A stretch of DNA of 46,165 bases, from the IMG/VR virus record IMGVR_UViG_3300038829_000049, positions 1-46,165 of that record, one strand, 5' to 3'. Below, piece by piece: positions 23,486 through 30,051 of the stretch (positions are counted from its first letter, which is position 1; each line of letters opens with the position of its first letter). Position numbers and translations under genes: made by a program. Below the pieces are notes generated by a model. That model had not been told where the DNA came from and made no database searches. It was given only the letters and a program-made list of their open reading frames with translations. The stretch is from a virus.

Positions 23486-24234
23486 ACGAAACGCTTACAT
23501 GGGCAGACCTCCAAGACTGCGGGAATGCGCAAGCGCAGCTCATCTTGCTGGCCATTGCGCGGTCTGCGGATTGGATATCCGGCGAAGGCTACCCTGATAT
23601 CAAGACTATTGCCAAGCGTGCCAAATGCTCGGAGAGGACCGCTTCAACCTACCTCAAACGGCTGGCTGCCGACGAATTTATTCGACGCATTCCGCGCAAG
23701 CGGGCGGATGGCGGACGAACCAGTGATATGATCATTCTGGTTGGCTATAGCGAATGGTATCACGCAATCTACAAGGGCGGAACCGTATCTGCTCCGAGGT
23801 CGATAAAGCGCTACGACACCCCAATGCAAGATTTGCATGGGGGGGTAGAAAACAGTGTAGACCAGGAGGCTGAAATTGCAGCCCCCCCCATGCAAGTACT
23901 ATTGCATACCCCCCATGCAACTACGTTTGCAGGGCCAAAGAACGTTAAACTAACGTCAGATTCTAACGTCAGCGCGGACGGGCGCGCGAGCGAAGGCGCT
24001 CGCCCTCCCGCGCCGAAGAAGCACCTTCCACAATTCACGCTCACACCAGCGGATAGCTCGTGGGACCATTGGATGACGTGGCTGACCGACCACGATCATC
24101 GAGAGGTCGCGCTTGCGGCTCAAGAGGCCCGGCAATTGGTGACTGTTGCACGGTGGCCGAAACCCGGCACGCCCGTCCCTCGCGTCGACGGCTGGCCACT
24201 GATCGAGAAACGCAAGAGGGGGGATGCAGCATGA
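23482..24234 (+). CDS. Replication initiator candidate (N-terminal winged-helix/HTH, lambda O-like organisation)
   Basis: QLILLAIARSADWISGEGYPDIKTIAKRAKCSERTASTYLKRLAADEFIRR is HTH-like. An iteron-like cluster lies inside the gene's linker region. Confidence 0.6.
   Translation: MNETLTWADLQDCGNAQAQLILLAIARSADWISGEGYPDIKTIAKRAKCSERTASTYLKRLAADEFIRRIPRKRADGGRTSDMIILVGYSEWYHAIYKGGTVSAPRSIKRYDTPMQDLHGGVENSVDQEAEIAAPPMQVLLHTPHATTFAGPKNVKLTSDSNVSADGRASEGARPPAPKKHLPQFTLTPADSSWDHWMTWLTDHDHREVALAAQEARQLVTVARWPKPGTPVPRVDGWPLIEKRKRGDAA
23817..23935. other. Candidate origin of replication: cluster of ATGCAA/TTGCA[T/G] half-sites flanked by C/G tracts
   Basis: ATGCAA occurs at 23824, 23890 and 23915. TTGCAT/TTGCAG occurs at 23833, 23876, 23902 and 23927. 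This gives the palindromes ATGCAAgatTTGCAT and ATGCAAgtactaTTGCAT, with C6-C8 and G7 runs between sites. Confidence 0.45.
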
Positions 24235-25261
24235 CCCTGCGTGTGCTGGATCTCTTTTCCGGCATCGGCGGTTTCTCCCTCGGGCTCGAGCGCACGGGTG
24301 GGTTCGAGACGGTCGCGTTCTGCGAGAATGATCCATACGCTGGAAAGGTGCTGAAGAAATGGTGGCCGGCCGTACCCAATTTCAGCCATGGCATCGTCGG
24401 GCTGAACAGCTTGCTGAGGAGGGTGCGGACTGCATTACCGCGGGTTTCCCGTGTCAGGATATTTCATTCGCTGGCGCAGGCGCCGGACTTGCCGGGGCTC
24501 GTTCGGGACTCGTTTGGGCACTCATGCGAACCATTCGCCTGGTTCGACCCCGAATCGCGTTGCTGGAGAACGTGGCAGCGCTGCTTGGTCGAGGGCTGGG
24601 AGATATTCTCGGGCACATGGCCACGGTCGGGTATGACGCGGAATGGCATTGCATACCGGCGTCCAGCGTTGGTGCCCCTCACCAAAGGGACCGCGTTTGG
24701 ATTATTGCTACCGACGCCGACCGCGAGCCAGTACGGCAGCAACAGGTCGGCGAGCTCTGGTGCGGCGGTGCGCCCGTCGCTCAGCCAGATCGCAAAATGG
24801 CCAACGCCGATGCGTGCGGATGCGAGGGGCAGTTCTGGAGCGAACAGGATCGGGAAGCAGGTGCAGTTGGTCGATGCGGTTCGGATGTGGCCGACACCGA
24901 CAGCGGTGGACGGTCGAAGGGGGACGGGAACTTATCGCCCGCAGGACACCGGCATTCCATTACCGCAGGCAGTGGCGATGGCGGAACGGTTTGCGACTCC
25001 AACGTCTCGGGACTGGCTTTTCCGGAACGCCAGTCCCGAGACGTTGGAGAAGAATTCGCGCCCGCTCTCGGAACAGATTGGTGGGCTACTGAACCCGACG
25101 TGGGTCGAGTGGCTGATGGGGTTCCCTCTCGGGTGGACAGACTGCGCTGTCTCGGAAACGCCGTCGTCCCTCAAATCCCGGAACTCATCGGCCAAGCGAT
25201 CCTCCAAACCTTAGACCAAGAGCAGCGCAAGGCAAGGCAACGGGAGGTGTTCGGGAGATGA
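24231..25261 (+). CDS. DNA (cytosine-5)-methyltransferase with a broken reading frame (a -1 shift is needed near 24385-24405)
   Basis: Motif I LDLFSGIGGFSLGLE and FCENDP are in the frame of ATG 24231. Motif IV GFPCQDIS, ENV, QRDRVWI and motif X LGNAVVPQ are in the frame of ORF 24359..25261. The frame-B stop overlaps the next ATG (ATGA). Confidence 0.8.
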
Positions 25262-25455
25262 GCAAGGCGCGCGATTTAGCTGATGCAGAGCAAGAAGCTC
25301 AAGACGTGCGCATCGGGTGCGCCACGTGCAGCGACTTGCGTATTGAGGGCGATATCTACTGCTCGCCGTGCCGCATGTATTGGGATGACGTTAGTGGCGG
25401 ATGTTTCGACGACTGGCCGCTTCCGATCGATGACCGCACCGTAACCCCAACGTGA
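25258..25455 (+). CDS. Small Cys-rich hypothetical protein
   Basis: 65-aa ORF with CATC...CSPC pairs, ATGA-coupled upstream. Confidence 0.5.
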   Translation: MSKARDLADAEQEAQDVRIGCATCSDLRIEGDIYCSPCRMYWDDVSGGCFDDWPLPIDDRTVTPT

Positions 25456-25465
25456 GAATGAACCA

Positions 25466-25621
25466 ATGGCGAAGCCTCCCATCAAGCTCAAAGGCATCAA
25501 GGTCCCCGGCGTTACGCTCAAGGACGGCAAGATCAAGCGCAAGGACACGGCCTCGCCGCATGTGCGCGCAGGTCGTCGAAGGAAGGTCAACAAGATCACC
25601 GGCGTGAGGGCTGCGAAATGA
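25466..25621 (+). CDS. 51-aa basic peptide candidate (MAKPPIKLKGIKVPGVTLKDGKIKRKD...)
   Basis: Below the ORF-track cutoff. Its TGA overlaps ATG 25618 (ATGA). Confidence 0.35.
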   Translation: MAKPPIKLKGIKVPGVTLKDGKIKRKDTASPHVRAGRRRKVNKITGVRAAK

Positions 25622-25845
25622 AACCACTGCGTTTCGACTACGATCCGGTCCAGAAGATCCTCAGCGCTTCCGGCGGCGGTGCCAATCAGGATTTTCTCGG
25701 CGCCGTGCTTGATGTTCTGGAGCGAGCAATCGCTGCAGAGCGTAAAGCCTGCGCCAAGATTGCTGACGCGCATGGAGAACTGACCAGCGACACTGCCCAT
25801 CGCATTGCCGCCGCCATCAGAGCCAGGGGAGACAAGCCAGAATGA
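25618..25845 (+). CDS. Hypothetical protein
   Basis: 75-aa ORF, ATGA-coupled on both sides. Confidence 0.5.
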   Translation: MKPLRFDYDPVQKILSASGGGANQDFLGAVLDVLERAIAAERKACAKIADAHGELTSDTAHRIAAAIRARGDKPE

Positions 25846-26165
25846 CCTGTCGTGTCTGCAAGCACTGGAAGGGGGATTCATATTCATGGAATGAAGACGG
25901 GAAGCCTCCGGTAACAGGCCCATGTCGGCGTGATCCTGTCCCGGTCGATGTGGCTTCGACCTACTCATGTTCCAGCTGTGTCGTCGATATAGGTGACGCT
26001 TGGCATTGGCTCTTCAACTACCGCCACGATGCGAAGGAACTGCGGAAAGAAAGGAAACAACACGACGCGACGACGGCGACACTAGAGCGTGTCAGGGCTC
26101 GCGCCCGAAGCCTCAAAGAGCAACTTTCTCGTGCCCGCGTACAAGACGGGACCAAGACAACATGA
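25842..26165 (+). CDS. Cys-rich hypothetical protein
   Basis: 107-aa ORF with CRVC ... C ... CSSC, ATGA-coupled on both sides. Confidence 0.5.
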   Translation: MTCRVCKHWKGDSYSWNEDGKPPVTGPCRRDPVPVDVASTYSCSSCVVDIGDAWHWLFNYRHDAKELRKERKQHDATTATLERVRARARSLKEQLSRARVQDGTKTT

Positions 26166-26620
26166 GCAACCGAGCCCTCGTATACCGCTGCCCTCCCAAC
26201 ACTGAGCACAAGGCCGCCCAGGAGCTTCGTGAGGCCGGCATTCGTGCCTATGTCCCCCGGGATCGCGCATCGAAGCGCAACCCCTTCACCGGCAAACGTC
26301 AGGCGCCGGCACCGGGCTATGTGTTCGCCGATCGAGCTCTAATGGCAGCCTACGCCAAGCATGTCCGGGCGCCGCTCGGCATCGTCAATCGGTCGGAAAT
26401 GGCCCGGCTGTACCTCGGGCGGCAGCGCTCGCCAGCCCCACGGTATGCCCATCAGATCGGCACCCGCGTCACGATCCAGCGGGGTCCCAACGCAGAGTTG
26501 CACGCCATCATCGCCGGCCACCGCGAGCGGTTCTACTACGTCGACGTCGAGTTGTTCGGCAGAACGCATCGCCAGACGGTGCATGAACAGCACATCAAAC
26601 GTTACACTGGGGTTCCATAG
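26162..26620 (+). CDS. NusG/RfaH-like transcription elongation (antitermination) factor candidate
   Basis: The N-terminus is NGN-like (ALVYRCPPNTEHKAAQELREAGIRAYVP). A KOW-like segment (IGTRVTIQRGPNAELHAIIAG) follows. It is the last gene of the early-right operon and is followed by a terminator. Confidence 0.55.
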   Translation: MSNRALVYRCPPNTEHKAAQELREAGIRAYVPRDRASKRNPFTGKRQAPAPGYVFADRALMAAYAKHVRAPLGIVNRSEMARLYLGRQRSPAPRYAHQIGTRVTIQRGPNAELHAIIAGHRERFYYVDVELFGRTHRQTVHEQHIKRYTGVP

Positions 26621-26755
26621 CGCCCAGCGCTTGACCTTTGCGCCCAAATCATGGCATCGACGCATGATGACGAGGCGGCCGTGATGCGTTGGCTGCCCCT
26701 AGGTTCCGGGAAATCCGCAGAACCACCCCATCTAGAATAGCGTCGAAAGCAATCA

Positions 26756-26794
26756 GGCTGCCAACTGCGGGGAACCGTTGGCAGCCCGTTTTGC
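26756..26794 (+). terminator. Rho-independent terminator candidate whose U-tract is the transposon target site
   Basis: ggctgccaac (26756-26765) and gttggcagcc (26777-26786) form a 10-bp perfect stem with an 11-nt loop, followed by cgttttgc. Confidence 0.5.
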
Positions 26795-26832
26795 GGGAAC
26801 TATATACTTGACGGAACAGGAATCGGCAAGGT

Positions 26833-27066
26833 ATGGAACCCCCGCGTGACAGGCCGGAAAATGAAAATGGAGACCTGGTAGAGGTAACTCCCGCTATGAT
26901 CGCGGCTGGAGTTGCTGAGCTGAGCGAAAAGATGTTCGGACAGCCAATGGACATTGTTGTCAGGGAAGTTTACTTGGCGATGCGGAGCGCCAACGTCGCA
27001 GCCTATAAGGGCAGCGACAGGCCGGCGAATGGCGCTTCTCCGCAAATGGAGGGGCGTCGTGGATAG
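26833..27066 (+). CDS. Cargo ORF, hypothetical (VTPAMIAAGVAEL motif)
   Basis: 77-aa ORF just inside IRL. The RBS is weak, so the transcript may be leaderless from the TTGACG in the IR. Confidence 0.35.
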   Translation: MEPPRDRPENENGDLVEVTPAMIAAGVAELSEKMFGQPMDIVVREVYLAMRSANVAAYKGSDRPANGASPQMEGRRG

Positions 27067-27226
27067 CAATGAATACAAAATTACGGACGAAATGCTTCAT
27101 GCGGGAAAAGTGGCTCTATACGAGCGGAAGATGCTGTCAACGCCGCCGAAGCCGCACGACGGAATGAAGAAAGGGGCCGCGCCGAAGCGCGACCCCCACT
27201 TTTCTGGGAAGGGCTCAAAGTCCTAG
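27059..27226 (+). CDS. Cargo ORF, hypothetical (ITDEMLHAGKVAL motif, paralogous to the upstream ORF motif)
   Basis: GTG 27059 overlaps the upstream stop. It is the C-terminal part of ORF 26954..27226. Confidence 0.3.
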   Translation: MDSNEYKITDEMLHAGKVALYERKMLSTPPKPHDGMKKGAAPKRDPHFSGKGSKS

Positions 27227-27256
27227 GTTGGCACTGCGGGCTTTGAGTTCCTTCTG

Positions 27257-27424
27257 TTACTTTTTGACGGGTGCGTTCCATGCGGACTTGACGAGGGCGA
27301 TGCCGTGATCGCAGTCCGCCTCCTTCAAGTACCCTTCTCCGGAGTCGGCGACCTTCTTGCCGTTCGACGCCATCAAAAACCAACGCCACTGATTGGCGTT
27401 GTCGATGTATTTCCAGAACACCAT
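27257..27424 (-). CDS. YegP/DUF1508-like small protein
   Basis: MVFWKYIDNANQWRWFLMASNGKKVADSGEGYLKEADCDHGIALVK matches the DUF1508 repeat (F..Y.D..G.WRW.L.A.NG..IA.S.EGY.....C...I). Confidence 0.65.
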   Translation of the reverse strand: MVFWKYIDNANQWRWFLMASNGKKVADSGEGYLKEADCDHGIALVKSAWNAPVKK

Positions 27425-27453
27425 CTGTGATGGTCCTTCTGTTTGGAGCTGCA

Positions 27454-27696
27454 ATGAACGCGGACTATCGAACGCACTTGTTCACCTACCGCCACGACGG
27501 GGCGGAATGGGTACTCGCAATCGAAGCCACTGATGCTGATGACGCGCGGGCTCGTATCGGGAAGCTGGCATATGCGACATACAACGGTGTCGCCATCTCA
27601 CGCACGCCAGCAGCACTTGCCCCAGTCGGAATTGCGTCCGTCTGGTTCAGGAACCTCGCAAGAGCGATCTTGCCGCGATTCTTCGTTGCTCGCTAG
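27454..27696 (+). CDS. Cargo ORF, hypothetical
   Basis: A GGAG RBS lies 5 nt upstream of the ATG. It is divergent from the YegP-like gene. Confidence 0.45.
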   Translation: MNADYRTHLFTYRHDGAEWVLAIEATDADDARARIGKLAYATYNGVAISRTPAALAPVGIASVWFRNLARAILPRFFVAR

Positions 27697-27865
27697 CGGG
27701 CAGATCGTCGACGCCAGATCACGAAGTGTTTCGCTTTCTGACTCGCGGTCTTACGCCGGGTCAACTGGCCTGTAGCTTATCGAAGTACGAAAGCCCTAAC
27801 ATTCCAACTGCTAATTGTAGGCGGACCTGAGCCTTGTCTATGGCGATCTGTTTCATGGAGATGGT

Positions 27866-28012
27866 GTGCCTAAAGAGACAAAGAAGGACGAGATCAAGGA
27901 CGAGCCAGGCGCGGAAGACCGCTTCCTGCGCGGCATCCGCAAGGCCGTGAACACTCCGCCCAAGCCCTTCACCAAGAAGGCGAAGGGCAAGAAACAAGGA
28001 TCTGCGAAGTGA
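27866..28012 (+). CDS. Lys-rich 48-aa peptide candidate (..AEDRFLRGIRKAVNTPPKPFTKKAKGKK..)
   Basis: GGAG lies 5 nt upstream of the GTG. Third-position GC is about 79 percent by hand count. Below the ORF-track cutoff. Confidence 0.35.
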   Translation: MPKETKKDEIKDEPGAEDRFLRGIRKAVNTPPKPFTKKAKGKKQGSAK

Positions 28013-28164
28013 CACTTGATGCGCTGTTGTCACTGATCGAGAACGAATTTTATGGTCTGTCGATCAGCGAGACAGACGACTTAGAGCGGCGGCTAGTTGC
28101 CCAACTTGCTGAGACACGTGGGCGACGTTTGAGTTCGTCGACTCCACTTCTTTCGCAAGCTCAA

Positions 28165-28614
28165 TCAGCGCCGTGCATATGCCGAACAGAGCTGGGTCTG
28201 TCTTGCGATCAATCTTCTTGATCGTCTGGGGCCAGCTTCCTTGGGCATGCCCATGGCCTCGCGGACACGATGGCAAAGGAACCACGCGCTCTTGTAGGTG
28301 ATGCCGAGCATGCGGTGGACCTGATGAGCGGAGACGCCCTTCTTGCTGGACGCCATGAGGCGGAAGGTCATCAGCCACTTCGTCAGCGGGATGTGCGAGC
28401 GCTCCATGACGGAGCCGACTGTGACGGAGAACTTCTTGCGGCACTCGCTGCAAAGGACGAGGCCGCGCTCAGCCGCCGCGCCACCGAGACGCTTGCAATG
28501 CTTGCCGCTGTCACAGAACGGGCAAACCGGACCATCGGGCCAACGCTGGGCTTCAAGAAGCTCGCGGGCCTTGGTCTCGTCGTGAAATACGGGGTCGGTG
28601 ATGTTGAAGGACAT
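28165..28614 (-). CDS. IS1595/ISXO2-type transposase, N-terminal zinc-ribbon plus HTH part only (no DDE domain)
   Basis: FHDETKARELLEAQRWPDGPVCPFCDSG...LCSECRKKFSVTVGSVMERSHIPLTKWLMTFRLMASSKKGVSAHQVHRMLGITYKSAWFLCHRVREAM follows the family pattern closely. It stops about 25 aa later. I found no VE.DETY / HTNTIEGFW-type motifs in any frame downstream. Confidence 0.75.
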   Translation of the reverse strand: MSFNITDPVFHDETKARELLEAQRWPDGPVCPFCDSGKHCKRLGGAAAERGLVLCSECRKKFSVTVGSVMERSHIPLTKWLMTFRLMASSKKGVSAHQVHRMLGITYKSAWFLCHRVREAMGMPKEAGPRRSRRLIARQTQLCSAYARR

Positions 28615-28831
28615 CGGGGCAATCCTTGCTGGATGCCCCTTTCTACGCTATCGAACCTGTTCCGTCAAGTATATAGTTCCCCGTTTTGCATACGCCACTC
28701 ACCCACGCAACGCTTACCCATTCCCCGTGTCGAGCTTCATCCAGCACCCGGACGCACGCACCGGGCACGCATCTCCACAGCCGACACGGGGAACCCTACC
28801 CCATCCATCCTGAACACCTCATGAAAGGCTG

Positions 28832-29056
28832 ATGGCCATGCACGCTTCGGATTGCGCTCTACACAACGCGCCGGCCATGCCGGTCGGGCCGTGTGACTGT
28901 GGTGTGGGGGACAAGGACATCATTCGTGAGTGCCAAGCGATCTTGGCCGCGTATCTGCCGCCCGACGGCGCGGATGAAAGGACGACGATCAGTCGGCTGT
29001 TGGAACTTCTCGACGGCCCCCGCGGGCTTGCTGCGGTTGGCATCAAGCCCGCCTGA
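28832..29056 (+). CDS. Hypothetical protein
   Basis: 74-aa ORF. Third-position GC is about 74 percent. It is the first gene after the element. Confidence 0.55.
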   Translation: MAMHASDCALHNAPAMPVGPCDCGVGDKDIIRECQAILAAYLPPDGADERTTISRLLELLDGPRGLAAVGIKPA

Positions 29057-29079
29057 ACTTCTGAACAAGGACCAGAACC

Positions 29080-29622
29080 ATGCGGAAAGTCCTACTTGCT
29101 ACCGCCACGGCCGTCCTGGCCATGAGCTGGAGCGTGATTCTCGCCAAGGCCGCCGACAAAGGCGAGCCCCCGGCCACGTTCGAGCAGATCCTCGCCGCCC
29201 GGCAGCCGGCCCTCAGTGGCTGTTTTGTCGAGACCTCCGCTACGGGTACGTTTCTCGCTGCGGGCAACCGCACGGCCGCTGGCGGGCTCGGGTTCGGATG
29301 CGACGCCCGGCTTGGCCTGGCCGTCATCGGCGGCGGGTTCCGCGGTGATTTCGCCGAAGCGGCTACATCAGGCACCGGCTATGCCAAGCTCGGCCTTGCC
29401 ATCAACCCGCATCTACACGCCTATGGCCTTCTCGCTTGGGTCGCTCCCGATTGGAAACTCAAGAACGTCGGACAGCTTCACCTGGGCGCCGGCCTGGAAA
29501 CTTCCGTACTCTTCAACGGACTGTCCGGGTTCGCCGAAGGCTCGACGGCGGTCTCGAAGGTCGGCACGTCGGATCGCAACGATGTCCTGATCCGGCTTGG
29601 GCTCAGGTATCGGTTCCAATGA
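29080..29622 (+). CDS. Outer-membrane beta-barrel protein (Omp25/OmpA-like small porin family) with a signal peptide
   Basis: The signal is MRKVLLATATAVLAMSWSVILAKA. Alternating beta-strand patterns follow. The C-terminus LIRLGLRYRFQ resembles the OMP terminal signature. Confidence 0.65.
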   Translation: MRKVLLATATAVLAMSWSVILAKAADKGEPPATFEQILAARQPALSGCFVETSATGTFLAAGNRTAAGGLGFGCDARLGLAVIGGGFRGDFAEAATSGTGYAKLGLAINPHLHAYGLLAWVAPDWKLKNVGQLHLGAGLETSVLFNGLSGFAEGSTAVSKVGTSDRNDVLIRLGLRYRFQ

Positions 29623-29741
29623 CCGCGATCATTCTCGGCATCGTCCTGATGACCTTGGTCAACGCGGTTCTGATCGGACATGTGATCACCGACTACATCG
29701 AAGAGATCAAGCGCACTTTCGAGGATTCTATCGAGGACTGA
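29619..29741 (+). CDS. 40-aa membrane peptide (MTAIILGIVLMTLVNAVLIGHVITDYIEEIKRTFEDSIED)
   Basis: ATGA-coupled to the OMP gene. One TM helix. Confidence 0.4.
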   Translation: MTAIILGIVLMTLVNAVLIGHVITDYIEEIKRTFEDSIED

Positions 29742-29742
29742 C

Positions 29743-29994
29743 ATGGCCGACCCAAATCAAAAGTCCAAGATCAAAGTTATCACCGACGCCTTCGTGGCCA
29801 GTGCCAACGACGTGGCCAAGTGGTGCATATGGGGAGCCAAGGTGGTTGTCGCGATCGGCTGTGCTTACGCTGCTGCGCGGTATTTCAACCTCGGCTGGAC
29901 CTCGATCGAGGGTATTCGCATTCCCTATCCCAAGGTCACCGCAGAGCCGCTGCAACTCCTCTACCTTGCTGGCTGTCTCTACGCGATCAAATGA
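29743..29994 (+). CDS. Two-TM small membrane protein (holin-like topology)
   Basis: It has hydrophobic segments WCIWGAKVVVAIGCAYAAARYF and LQLLYLAGCLYAI. Function is unknown. Confidence 0.5.
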   Translation: MADPNQKSKIKVITDAFVASANDVAKWCIWGAKVVVAIGCAYAAARYFNLGWTSIEGIRIPYPKVTAEPLQLLYLAGCLYAIK

Positions 29995-30051
29995 GCCCGC
30001 GCGATCTCGCAACATCAACCCGTGAGCGTATCACCTCATGGAGGATCTCCC

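Larger units (their letters stand above)
26795..28681. mobile_element. IS1595-type transposon-like element, 1887 bp, with 26-bp perfect terminal inverted repeats and an 8-bp target-site duplication
   Basis: IRL gggaactatatacttgacggaacagg (26795-26820) is the exact reverse complement of IRR (28656-28681). The direct repeat cgttttgc lies at 26787-26794 and 28682-28689. The element encodes the N-terminal half of an IS1595/ISXO2-like transposase. Confidence 0.8.

Noticed and set aside
24060-24230. Upstream extension of the methyltransferase frame-A ORF (start at 24060)
   Set aside because: This stretch overlaps the 3' end of the replication-initiator gene in another frame. The methyltransferase homology begins exactly at ATG 24231, which is ATGA-coupled.
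27700-28165. Decayed DDE domain of the IS1595-type transposase downstream of the truncated ORF
   Set aside because: I translated all three minus-strand frames by hand and saw none of the VE.DETY, TDE...Y or HTNTIEGFW-type motifs. There are only vague similarities (ALIELAKEVES). It needs an HMM search to be sure.
28009-28221. 70-aa plus-strand ORF (GTGA-coupled to the Lys-rich peptide) inside the transposon
   Set aside because: Third-position GC is about 47 percent overall. Its 3' end runs antisense into the transposase-like gene. Only the first half looks protein-like, so I did not call it.
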